The translations under genes were made by a program, and so were the position numbers. From Thermoplasmata archaeon (lineage in GTDB: Archaea > Thermoplasmatota > Thermoplasmata > UBA10834), in contig JAOTTD010000008.1 in assembly GCA_029864565.1 (NCBI GenBank), positions 3,857 to 67,856 on the forward strand: 64,000 bases of DNA. Reading direction: 5' to 3'. Below the pieces are notes generated by a model, which did not search any database, was not told the origin of the DNA, and saw nothing but the letters and a program-made list of their open reading frames with translations. Shown here in pieces: positions 43,022 to 51,583 of this stretch (position 1 is its first letter; the number at the start of each line of letters is the position of its first letter).

Positions 43022-44974
43022 ATGCGCCATAGCTCGGAGCGGATGCGCCAACACAACGTTCTGGCAAAGCTCTTCTGGTGCGGCAAGTGCAACGTCCCGC
43101 TAATGGGCCCCAGCTGTGGCAAGTGCGGCGAGAAGGGGAAGGAGGTGCCACTCTCGCCACCGGGCGACGTTCGGTTGGCGATGGACGGTACGAAGAGGAA
43201 GCTGAGATACCTGTTCCTGAAGGAGTTCGGAGTACAACAGATCGTACAGGACGTCGTCGTCCTCAACAAGACTTCGGGCGACGACCGATCTGAGGAGGTG
43301 ATTATCGACGGGCACCGGGTGGCACTCCTCAGATACGACCTGGACCTCAGGCGGCACGAGCTCGTCCTCAGGCTGGACGGCGCGAGGATGCTCGCGGCCA
43401 TGGATTCCAAGAAGCAGATTGTGCTACGCAAAGCCGAAGGTCATATGAAGGGCAAGTATCTCCCACCGGACGCCATCGAGTCTTTCGATCCTGGGATCAG
43501 GGCGGGGGACGAGGTAGTCATCAAGATGGGCAATTTCATCGGTTGCGGCTCGGCCAAGGTCGATGCTGCCTCACTCCGGCGCTCCGAAAAAGGAGTCAAG
43601 GTCAGGGAGTTCGCCAAGGTTGGACCGCTGTCTCCGAGGAGCAAGAAGGTATGGACCAGGCTGCTGGTCAGGGCCAACCAACCGCACCTCTTGGCGAAGA
43701 AGGCAAAGGCGGAGCATGAGCTCAGAGAGGCGATATCCGCGAGGAGGCTACCTGTTACCGTGTCGTTCAGCGGAGGCAAGGACAGCCTAGTCGTCCTTGA
43801 CCTCACGCTCGGAATCACGAAGGACGTCACCGCGATGTTCATAGACACCGGCCTGGAGCATCCAATCACGAGAGACTACGTGGATCGGTTCGTCAGAAAC
43901 AGGCAGGTCAGGCTGCTCAAGGCCCACGCAGGCAACGCATTCTACGACCATCTGACTTCTTTCGGCCCACCGGCAAAGGATTTCCGATGGTGCTGCAAGG
44001 TCTGCAAGCTCGCGCCCGTGTCATCGCTGATAGAACAGGCGTATCCGAACGGCACAATCACCATCGAAGGCAACAGGAGAATGGAGTCGTTCTCGAGGGC
44101 TTATTCTGACCTTGTCGAAGAGAACCCATTCGTTCCCGGGCAGGTGACGGTCAATCCGATAAGGAACTGGACAGCGCTGGATGTCTGGCTATACATAATC
44201 TGGCGCAACCTGGAGTACAACCCTCTGTACGACGAGGACATCGAACGCGTCGGATGCTGGATGTGCCCATCGGCTCTGGCCAGCGAGTCGGAGGAGATAT
44301 CGCGCATCACTCCTGAACTTGTGCGCGCATGGAACTTGAGGCTCATGGAGTGGGCGGAGGCCAACGGATTACCTCGAGCATTCGTCACCTATGGATTCTG
44401 GCGCTGGAAGCAGCTCCCGCCCAAGATGAAGGATCTCGCTCAACGATTGGGCATAAATGCGAAGCCGGTTAGGGCTGATACTCTGGAACTTAAGGTTCTG
44501 AAGGGCGTGAGCCCGTGCACAGCTGGAGGATACTCCGTCGACGCTGTACTGGCAACCGCAAAGGTCCACCCGTTGAAGAGGACCGGCGAGATGCTTAAGG
44601 TCATCGCTGAAGTCGACCTGTCTGAGGAGTTCGGGGTCGCCAGAGTCGACCCTGGCAAGGGCAGGCTGAGGATATTCGCAGGCGGGCAGATCACCGCAAC
44701 AGACGAGTCACCCAAAGCTGCGACGGAGCTGTTCGAGAAGGGTGCCAGGGCGCTGTTGAGGGCGAGCCTGTGCACTCGATGTGGGATATGCGTGAGAACC
44801 TGCGAGCACGACGCGATATCTCTGGACAAAGAGCTCACAATCGACGAAGGGAGGTGTACCCATTGCGGAGCGTGTGTCGATAGCTGCGTGGTAGCCCACT
44901 ACTTCGACAAGCTCGCATCGGGCCTGACGAAGCCCTCCGAACCCAAGGCCAAGAAACACGGGAAAAAGCGATGA
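43022..44974 (+). CDS. zinc-ribbon + PUA-like + PAPS-reductase-fold (adenine-nucleotide alpha-hydrolase) + 2x[4Fe-4S] ferredoxin fusion protein
   Basis: CGKCNVPL...CGKCG ribbon, PP-loop VSFSGGKDSLVVLDL, and the C-terminal CTRCGICVRTCEHDAI...CTHCGACVDSC. Confidence 0.7.
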   Translation: MRHSSERMRQHNVLAKLFWCGKCNVPLMGPSCGKCGEKGKEVPLSPPGDVRLAMDGTKRKLRYLFLKEFGVQQIVQDVVVLNKTSGDDRSEEVIIDGHRVALLRYDLDLRRHELVLRLDGARMLAAMDSKKQIVLRKAEGHMKGKYLPPDAIESFDPGIRAGDEVVIKMGNFIGCGSAKVDAASLRRSEKGVKVREFAKVGPLSPRSKKVWTRLLVRANQPHLLAKKAKAEHELREAISARRLPVTVSFSGGKDSLVVLDLTLGITKDVTAMFIDTGLEHPITRDYVDRFVRNRQVRLLKAHAGNAFYDHLTSFGPPAKDFRWCCKVCKLAPVSSLIEQAYPNGTITIEGNRRMESFSRAYSDLVEENPFVPGQVTVNPIRNWTALDVWLYIIWRNLEYNPLYDEDIERVGCWMCPSALASESEEISRITPELVRAWNLRLMEWAEANGLPRAFVTYGFWRWKQLPPKMKDLAQRLGINAKPVRADTLELKVLKGVSPCTAGGYSVDAVLATAKVHPLKRTGEMLKVIAEVDLSEEFGVARVDPGKGRLRIFAGGQITATDESPKAATELFEKGARALLRASLCTRCGICVRTCEHDAISLDKELTIDEGRCTHCGACVDSCVVAHYFDKLASGLTKPSEPKAKKHGKKR

Positions 44975-45253
44975 TCAGTTTTTTTCGTCCTTGAGTTTCT
45001 TCGCGACACTTAGAGTCTCGCTCTTCGCCTTCGAAACGCCCTTCTTGCCTACGCCCACCACCTTCTTGAACAGCGGCTTCGTCTCTCGCACAATAGCTTC
45101 TGTCGCGTGCACCCCTGCCTCGATGACCTCGCCCGTCACCGTCGTCACCTTCTTCGTTCCTCTGTCGACGACGCTCTTGCTCGGGGCACCACCGCAATCG
45201 GCGCAGCTAGCCGCGTCGCCGATCTCCTTACCACATCTCGAACATTTCGCCAT
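44975..45253 (-). CDS. small zinc-ribbon protein (hypothetical)
   Basis: 92 aa. MAKCSRCGKEIGDAASCADCGG (CxxC-x9-CxxC) followed by a Lys-rich tail. Confidence 0.5.
   Translation of the reverse strand: MAKCSRCGKEIGDAASCADCGGAPSKSVVDRGTKKVTTVTGEVIEAGVHATEAIVRETKPLFKKVVGVGKKGVSKAKSETLSVAKKLKDEKN
44979..44985 (+). terminator. oligo-T run directly after the + strand stop codon (candidate archaeal terminator)
   Basis: TGATCAG followed by TTTTTTT. The two convergent genes have back-to-back stop codons (TGA/TCA at 44972-44977). The T-run doubles as Lys/Asn codons of the minus-strand gene. Confidence 0.3.
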
Positions 45254-45343
45254 GCGTCCTCACCATGCCCAGAGTAGGCTCACCCAACCCTATAAACATA
45301 TCATAGGCATTTACAGCAGCAAAAGGTGACATGGGAAGGTAGC

Positions 45344-46072
45344 ATGGCAGACTTCGTGATGATATTCAGTGCGATTGCGGGGTTCGCCCCAGCGATGGGG
45401 CTGATGTTCTACACTCTTCGGGATTACACCTTCCCAGCGGTCGCGAAGCCGTTCTTCGACGACAGGAAGGTGTTCGCGTTCTTCGCCCTCGGCATCGTCC
45501 TCGGCATGTTGCTCTTCGCCTTCGAGGAATGGGGCAGCACCGCCTCCTCGGAGGAGACTCTGCTGGTGCTGATAGTCGGCTTCGCCTTGATGGAGGAGTC
45601 GATGAAGCTGATGATACTCAACTTCCCCAGATTCCAGCGCAAGATCGACACGGCGTTCTACGGACTCTCCTTCGGGCTCGGCATCGCTGCGACGTTCACC
45701 TTCGCCACGATATACGCGAGCGCGCTGGGGATAACGAATCCTGGGGCGGTCGACATGATCGCCTACGCACTCCTGGGATTCCAGTTCGTGCTGCTTCATG
45801 GGGCGACGACAGCGTTCATTGGAATAGGAGTGGCCAGGGGTGAGGTCAAACCGTACTTCTCCGAGGCGCTCCTGATACACATCGGCTACAATGTGCTGAT
45901 GGTGCCGTTCTTCATGTACGACATATTCGAGCCGCCGTTGAACCTATTAGGGCTTGGCGCGGCGTACGCCATAGTGTTATACGGATACGTGAAGCTCCAC
46001 AGGCTTTCACTGCCAGTTTTGATCCAGGACGCGAAGAGACTCGCGGGACCCAAGAAGAAGAAGAAACGGTAG
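45344..46072 (+). CDS. PrsW-like intramembrane protease family protein
   Basis: Polytopic membrane protein with LMEESMKLM (EExxK motif) and later His-containing helices (LLHGATTAFIG, HIGYNV). ATG 45344 follows GGAAGGT. Confidence 0.5.
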   Translation: MADFVMIFSAIAGFAPAMGLMFYTLRDYTFPAVAKPFFDDRKVFAFFALGIVLGMLLFAFEEWGSTASSEETLLVLIVGFALMEESMKLMILNFPRFQRKIDTAFYGLSFGLGIAATFTFATIYASALGITNPGAVDMIAYALLGFQFVLLHGATTAFIGIGVARGEVKPYFSEALLIHIGYNVLMVPFFMYDIFEPPLNLLGLGAAYAIVLYGYVKLHRLSLPVLIQDAKRLAGPKKKKKR

Positions 46073-46525
46073 TCATGCTATCCTGTAGCGTCCCTCGCTG
46101 ACCTCGTATATGATGCTGCTATCCCTAAGCTTTTCAATGACCGAATCAGAACCATTCCTGCCCAGGATGGACAGGACTCGTTGCACGTCGTCTACCCCGA
46201 AATCCCCCAGCTCGCTAGTCAGCTCCCGGGCGATTGCCTCTGCCCTCTCGGCGGAGTCCTTCAGGACCGAGGCATTCTTGGCGACTCGAACATATGGGTC
46301 TTCCGCCGCCTTCGCTCGCGAACGTCTGAACTTCTTTCCGTTCGCAAGCTTCTCGTTTGCCTGGGCGACCATGTCAGCAAGCTCCAGAGGGGAATCGCAT
46401 TCGAACTTGAACATTGACCTGCGGAGCTTGACCTTCCGGCCGCATGGACAGGAGCTGGTCTTCCTGCTCGTCTCCACGCCGCGCGCTTTGCCGCATGATG
46501 GACAGATGATCAGACCGTATTTCAG
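46073..46525 (-). CDS. DUF1922-like zinc-ribbon protein with C-terminal wHTH-like extension; start uncertain (CTG 46525 or GTG 46477)
   Basis: The ribbon is KYGLIICPSCGKARGVETSRKTSSCPCGRKV. Its first CxxC lies upstream of the first canonical start (GTG 46477). In-frame CTG 46523-46525 follows two TGA stops and the SD-like GGGAGTTGAT. Confidence 0.55.
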   Translation of the reverse strand: MKYGLIICPSCGKARGVETSRKTSSCPCGRKVKLRRSMFKFECDSPLELADMVAQANEKLANGKKFRRSRAKAAEDPYVRVAKNASVLKDSAERAEAIARELTSELGDFGVDDVQRVLSILGRNGSDSVIEKLRDSSIIYEVSEGRYRIA

Positions 46526-46551
46526 AGATCATCAACTCCCGCAAATCGAGG

Positions 46552-47460
46552 TCAGAACGACCGGAGCTCCTTCTCGAGCATCTTCAAGTCCTGCTCCAAG
46601 AGCGTGAGCGGACTGATGGGCACGAGCAACACCGAGTCGGTGACCGCGACTTTGTCATTCAGGTGCTGCAGCAACTTCAGCACCTTGGAGAAACCGTTCT
46701 GAGACACGAGGTATTCGACGCCGGACAGAAGTATCATGCATCCTGGGTTCTCGGTGACGAACGTCTTGATGTCAGAATACAGCAACGCCAGGTTGGAGGG
46801 GTCGCGCGAGTAGCCCTTCTGCTGGTCCATCGAGAGCCAAAGGAATGGCGCCCCCTGGAGGTCGTATTTCTCCCTGACCTTCTCGGGGTACTCCCTCGTT
46901 ACGCAGAGGCTCGGGACGCCGTGCTTGAACGCGTCAACGAACATGTCAAAGGATTGGTCGGGAATCTCCTCCTTCACGAGGTAGGAGTAGGAGGTCTCCA
47001 AGGTGTACTTCCTCTCGGTTCCGATATCGAAGTGTTTCCCTGGGCGGAGGTTGTCCACGACTTCGTAGACCTGGAGGACGCATGAGAGATAGCCCCTGCT
47101 GGCGCATTCTATCTCATCAACCTCGAAACGCTTGGAGGTGACTTGCGAGACTATGCCTGATAGGTATCCCCGAGCGAAATCGCATGTGTTGCCCTCCTTG
47201 GATTCCAACGATTCCTCGAGGTTCACAACCATCTCGGTCTCCTCGGCGGACTCGACCCTGATGCGGCTAAGGCCCGCCTCCATCCAGATTGGGCCTATGA
47301 CCGCCTTGACCTCGCTCAGGGACGAACACTCCAAGCCGTAACTGTCCACGAGTGCCCTGCCGCATCGCTGGCCGTACCGGTACAGCATCAACCGTGCCCT
47401 CTGGTCACCCTCGGTTATCTCGAGCTCCTCCCTCAGGTGAGACAGGGCGACGCCCGGCAT
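46552..47460 (-). CDS. V4R domain + DUF835 domain protein
   Basis: V4R: LYRYGQRCGRALV...CDFARGYLSGIV...EIECASRGYLSCVLQV. DUF835-like: SYLVKEE...GVPSLCVTREYPEKVREKY...FLWLS. ATG 47460 lies 20 nt after the GTPase stop. Confidence 0.7.
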   Translation of the reverse strand: MPGVALSHLREELEITEGDQRARLMLYRYGQRCGRALVDSYGLECSSLSEVKAVIGPIWMEAGLSRIRVESAEETEMVVNLEESLESKEGNTCDFARGYLSGIVSQVTSKRFEVDEIECASRGYLSCVLQVYEVVDNLRPGKHFDIGTERKYTLETSYSYLVKEEIPDQSFDMFVDAFKHGVPSLCVTREYPEKVREKYDLQGAPFLWLSMDQQKGYSRDPSNLALLYSDIKTFVTENPGCMILLSGVEYLVSQNGFSKVLKLLQHLNDKVAVTDSVLLVPISPLTLLEQDLKMLEKELRSF

Positions 47461-47480
47461 GACGAAGAACTGTGTGGCCC

Positions 47481-47993
47481 TCACCGAGAGCCCCCCACCA
47501 TCCTCCGGGTCATCTCCGCAAAGGCATCCTCGACGTTGTCCCCGGTCTTGGCACTGGTCTCTATGACCGGCGAGCCGATCTGATCGCCGAAGGCTTTGAC
47601 GTCGTTGAGGGAGAGCGACTTGTCGAGGTCGCTCTTGTTGACGATGATCGTGATGGGGGCCTCTCCAGCCACCGAGAGGAAACCGTCGATCCACGACGAC
47701 AGGGATTCGAACGTCTCCAGGCGCGTGTAGTCACACACCGCGAAGGCCCCGGCCGCGCCCCTGTAGTAAGCTGCGTGGAGCGACTTCTGGGTGCGTTGCC
47801 CCAAGATGTCCCACACCATCAGATCGACTTCGATATCGTCGAATATCACCGTCTTCTTGGACACCTTGGTCCCGAACGACATCAGGTATTTGTCGTCGAA
47901 TGCGTCGAAGACGAATCTTCTCACGAGGCTGGTCTTGCCTACGGCGCCATCGCCCAGGAGACAGATCTTGAGGATGTACTTGTCGGAGGGCAT
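47481..47993 (-). CDS. Ras-superfamily small GTPase (Rab/Ras-like)
   Basis: G1 LLGDGAVGKTSL, switch I FGTKV, G3 VWDILGQ, G4 VNKSD, G5 ETSAKTGDNVEDAF. No C-terminal CAAX or Cys. Confidence 0.85.
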   Translation of the reverse strand: MPSDKYILKICLLGDGAVGKTSLVRRFVFDAFDDKYLMSFGTKVSKKTVIFDDIEVDLMVWDILGQRTQKSLHAAYYRGAAGAFAVCDYTRLETFESLSSWIDGFLSVAGEAPITIIVNKSDLDKSLSLNDVKAFGDQIGSPVIETSAKTGDNVEDAFAEMTRRMVGGSR

Positions 47994-48120
47994 CTGAGAA
48001 CGCTCTGCTAATGCTTCAGAGTCTATTTAACCGTTCAGAAATCGTCCCCGAGGCTGCGCTACGGCGTTCGCGATGGAGGGTGGTGTACGACGATCCGTGG
48101 CAAAGGGGGATCCGTCAGTC

Positions 48121-48144
48121 AAGTACTTATGCGTGCAAGTACTT
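48121..48144. promoter_or_regulatory. two copies of palindromic AAGTACTT, candidate TetR operator
   Basis: AAGTACTT occurs at 48121-48128 and 48137-48144 (the second extends to CAAGTACTTG), centres 16 bp apart. They lie 11-34 nt upstream of the TetR-family start (48155). Confidence 0.45.
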
Positions 48145-48154
48145 GCTTGCTAAA

Positions 48155-48778
48155 ATGGTGAGCGGCAGAACGGGCAAACGGAGTGGTTCCCCCGCGAGGG
48201 AACGGATACTAGACGCTGCCCTCGAGGTGTTCTCTGAGAGAGGTTTCGCGGGAGCCACTACGCGTGACATCTCGGCTAAGGCTGACGTGAACGAAGTCAC
48301 GCTCTTCAGACACTTCGACTCGAAGAAGGGGCTCTACGCGGCGGTCATATCGGAACGCTCGCCGATTGCGGAAGTCGGTAGAAATATTGAATTCGACACC
48401 GACTTGCCCGTTGACGAGCTGCTGAGAGCCAACGCCGCATCCGTGCTATCAGTGCTGCGTGCAAACCGGCGTCAGTTCATGCTCATAATGGGGGACGCAT
48501 GGAGGCCTCAGAAGTCGAGGAACATGATGAGTCGGCTCGCCGTGGAGAGAGGGATCACGATTGTCGCAGGTCTCATGGAAGCCCTGATGGACGTGGGGAA
48601 GATGAGAAGAGGGGATCCCGAAGTGGCCGCCCGAGCTATGGTCGGCATGATCCAGTCCTATTTCTTGAACGTCGACATCCTCGCCGGGCGAAGGCGGGAC
48701 CCTGACGAAGATGCGAGGATGCTAGACGGATTCGTGAGCATATTCCTCGATGGAACCCGCTCCGGAGTGAGAAGATGA
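48155..48778 (+). CDS. TetR-family transcriptional regulator
   Basis: ATG 48155. RERILDAALEVFSERGFAGATTRDISAKADVNEVTLFRHFDSKKGLY is the TetR HTH signature. Confidence 0.88.
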   Translation: MVSGRTGKRSGSPARERILDAALEVFSERGFAGATTRDISAKADVNEVTLFRHFDSKKGLYAAVISERSPIAEVGRNIEFDTDLPVDELLRANAASVLSVLRANRRQFMLIMGDAWRPQKSRNMMSRLAVERGITIVAGLMEALMDVGKMRRGDPEVAARAMVGMIQSYFLNVDILAGRRRDPDEDARMLDGFVSIFLDGTRSGVRR

Positions 48779-49557
48779 ACGACAGATCATCCGACTTGAA
48801 AGGGGTGCGATTAGATTCTCAGGAAGACGCAGGCCGACATGTAGTGCGCACGAGGGGGATTTCGAAAGCCTTCGGTGCCATCGAAGCATTGGTAGACCTT
48901 GACCTTGACATACCGAAGGGATGTGTGTACGGAATTATTGGGCCAAACGGATCGGGCAAGACGACTACCATAAGGATACTGAACGGCCTGCTGAGGGCAT
49001 CCTCAGGCCAGGCGTGGCTGCTCGGCGAGGCCGTGCCGGTGTCTGAGAGCATCCATAGGATAGGCTACATGCCGCAGGAGATGGCGATATACTCGGACCT
49101 GACAGCCGTGGAGAACCTGGAGCTATTCGCCGGCATGTACTCCATGCGCAGGGAGCGTTTCGAGGAGAGAGCGGATTATCTCCTCGACATGATAGACCTC
49201 AAGGACAGGGGCGGTTCGCTCGTGTCCGAGCTAAGCGGAGGCATGAAACACCGGTTATCGCTGGCGTGCGCATTGGTACACGACCCCGAACTGGTGTTCC
49301 TGGACGAGCCGACGGTGGGCGTGGACCCAGAACTCAGGAACGGTTTCTGGGAGCACTTCTCCAGGCTGAAAGCCGAGGGCAAGACGATCGTCCTGACCAC
49401 GCATTACATGGACGAGGCGGTCAGATGTGACATGGTGGGCATGATGAGGCTTGGAAGGATGATAGCCGAGGACACCCCCGAAGAGCTCATGGCATCGACA
49501 GGGGCGCTCAACCTCGAGGAAGCGTTCTTGCAGAGGTCGCGGAGGGTGGAACAATGA
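48775..49557 (+). CDS. ABC transporter ATP-binding protein (ABC-2/drug-export type)
   Basis: Walker A GPNGSGKTT, signature LSGGMKHRL, Walker B LVFLDEPT. ATGA overlaps at both ends. Confidence 0.9.
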   Translation: MNDRSSDLKGVRLDSQEDAGRHVVRTRGISKAFGAIEALVDLDLDIPKGCVYGIIGPNGSGKTTTIRILNGLLRASSGQAWLLGEAVPVSESIHRIGYMPQEMAIYSDLTAVENLELFAGMYSMRRERFEERADYLLDMIDLKDRGGSLVSELSGGMKHRLSLACALVHDPELVFLDEPTVGVDPELRNGFWEHFSRLKAEGKTIVLTTHYMDEAVRCDMVGMMRLGRMIAEDTPEELMASTGALNLEEAFLQRSRRVEQ

Positions 49558-50690
49558 ACGCAAGAAGGGTTCTCGCGATAGCCTTGAAGACCCTCCGGTC
49601 CCTCAGACACGACAAGAGGACCGCGGGCTTCCTTGTCTTCATGCCACTTTTCATGATTGCGATATTCGGCTACACGTTCGGCGGGGAAATCGAAAACGTC
49701 GACGTCGTTGTTGTAAACCTCGACGTCGGCAGCGCGAATGGGTCTGTCGCCGACATGATAATCGGCGACCTGGCATCACGCGTGACGCTGAGGCTGACCG
49801 CGCTATCTAGCCCCGACGAGGCGGTCGAAGCGGTGAGGCTGACTGATGCCTGGGCGGCGATATACTTCGGGCCCGAGTTCACCGAGCAGGTCGAGGAGGG
49901 CATCGCGGTTTCGGCGCTGGGGCTCTTCGCAGTTCCGAGCGTCGTCGAACTGCACCTCGACGCGAGCAATCCGAATATAGCGCAGACGGTCGTGACCGAG
50001 CTGCAGGCGTCGATCCAGGTGGTGCTAGTCGAGCATTATGACATGAACCCTCCAGTGGCCGTCGTGGAGGACCGAGTCTACGGCGAGGGCGCCGAGTTCA
50101 TCGATTTCTTCGCGCCCGGGGTCATGGGGTTGGCGGCCATGATGGTCACATTCATGTTATCCATAATCTCGTTCGTCCGCGAGAGATCCACTGGCACGCT
50201 CGACAGGCTGCTCACCACGCCCGTCACGGAGGGGGAGATCGTCGGAGGCTACGCTATGGCGTTCGGGATCGTGGCGCTCATACAATCGACGGTCATCCTT
50301 GTCGCTGCGATGCTACTGTTCAAGGTCACGGTCGAGGGTAGCGCGCTGTTGGCGTTGCTGACGATATTCCTGCTGGGAGTCGGCAGTCAAGGTCTGGGCT
50401 TCCTCCTGTCGTCGATAGCGAAGAACGAGTTTCAGGCGGTCCAGTTCATACCCCTGATACTCTTCCCGTCGATACTCCTCGCTGGGGTGTTCTGGCCCCT
50501 CGAGGCCGTCCCCGACATCCTCAGACCGGTCTCCAACTTCATACCGCTCACGTATGCGGTCGACGGGTGCAGGTCAATCATGGTCAGGGGCTGGGGAGCA
50601 GGGGATGTCTGGCCGCAGCTGGCAGTTCTCGCCGGGTTCGCGGCGGCGACGCTCATGCTGAGCGCGTATAGCCTGAAGAAGAGGGGGTGA
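49554..50690 (+). CDS. ABC-2 type transporter permease
   Basis: N-terminal TM, a large extracytoplasmic loop, then 5 TM segments. Coupled to the ATPase by an ATGA overlap. Confidence 0.8.
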   Translation: MNARRVLAIALKTLRSLRHDKRTAGFLVFMPLFMIAIFGYTFGGEIENVDVVVVNLDVGSANGSVADMIIGDLASRVTLRLTALSSPDEAVEAVRLTDAWAAIYFGPEFTEQVEEGIAVSALGLFAVPSVVELHLDASNPNIAQTVVTELQASIQVVLVEHYDMNPPVAVVEDRVYGEGAEFIDFFAPGVMGLAAMMVTFMLSIISFVRERSTGTLDRLLTTPVTEGEIVGGYAMAFGIVALIQSTVILVAAMLLFKVTVEGSALLALLTIFLLGVGSQGLGFLLSSIAKNEFQAVQFIPLILFPSILLAGVFWPLEAVPDILRPVSNFIPLTYAVDGCRSIMVRGWGAGDVWPQLAVLAGFAAATLMLSAYSLKKRG

Positions 50691-50696
50691 ACAACG

Positions 50697-51518
50697 TTGG
50701 ATGTCCGTCCTCGGGTGATACTAATCACGGACGAAGGTGAGGTCACCAACAGGCAGCTCGAGGCGCTCGCAGCGGTTCGAGATAAAGGAAGCATGAAGAA
50801 GGCCGCTGCCGTCCTGGGCATATCGACGCCCGTATTGTACAAGTATGTGAAGGAGGCGGAGGCAAAATGTGACGAGAGGCTCGTTAGTTCAGACAGCAAG
50901 GGCACGAGGCTCACGCAGGCTGGAAAGACGTTGTTGCGGAGGCTGGAAGCTCTCAGGCTGCGGGTCGTCGAACGCAAGGTGCTGCACATCGCGGGGACGC
51001 TCGTTTCCGAGCTCTGCCTCCTGAGCGCTGCGTCGGCATTGACCCAGAGAGGAGTGGACTGCAGGGTGACCATCTCGACCGACGACGAGAACCTCAGGTT
51101 GGTCGACGAGGAAAGGGTCGACTGCGTGATCGTGGACGATCCCCTCGCGGCCATGGAGCGAGCGGATCGATTCGAGGGGGTCGAGATCGGGCCGGACATG
51201 CTTCTGCTCAGAGAGGCGGGGAAGGACTTTGTGGCGCTCGCATTCGGCGCCCAGAGACTGGGATTCAGGTATCTGGAGGAGAACGGACGGGAGTTCACAA
51301 TCTCAAGGCGCATCTTCGAGCCCGCCCTCCTCGACAGGACGGACCTCAGCTACTTCGTCAACAGGAGCCTCGTCAAGAGAGGCATCGTGGCGGCCAAAGA
51401 GGCGAGGGAGCAGGATTGGTCCGTGCATTCGATCGTTGCCCTCCCGTGTTCGGAGCACCCCGATGTCAGCGGCTTCGTGGCGCACGCCAGGCGTGCGGGT
51501 ATTTACCCAAAAGGATAA
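50697..51518 (+). CDS. LysR/ModE-type HTH regulator with C-terminal ligand-binding-like domain
   Basis: TTG 50697 follows GGGGGTGA. RQLEALAAVRDKGSMKKAAAVLGISTPVLYKYV...GTRLTQAGKTLL resembles the ModE/LysR HTH_1. Confidence 0.6.
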   Translation: MDVRPRVILITDEGEVTNRQLEALAAVRDKGSMKKAAAVLGISTPVLYKYVKEAEAKCDERLVSSDSKGTRLTQAGKTLLRRLEALRLRVVERKVLHIAGTLVSELCLLSAASALTQRGVDCRVTISTDDENLRLVDEERVDCVIVDDPLAAMERADRFEGVEIGPDMLLLREAGKDFVALAFGAQRLGFRYLEENGREFTISRRIFEPALLDRTDLSYFVNRSLVKRGIVAAKEAREQDWSVHSIVALPCSEHPDVSGFVAHARRAGIYPKG

Positions 51519-51583
51519 AGCTATACCCTTTTCAGCAAAACCCTCAAATACGCCCCCACTTGTTCACTGTCCCGGTGATAGGC

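Noticed and set aside
42093-43160. 355-aa minus-strand ORF opposite the GlcD-like gene; similar long antisense ORFs at 50432..51313, 52044..53114, 53121..54005, 45311..45880, 31735..32289 and 22661..23119
   Set aside because: All lie antisense to genes with clear catalytic motifs and have Arg/Leu/His-rich compositions typical of reverse-frame translation. None has SD or TATA support.
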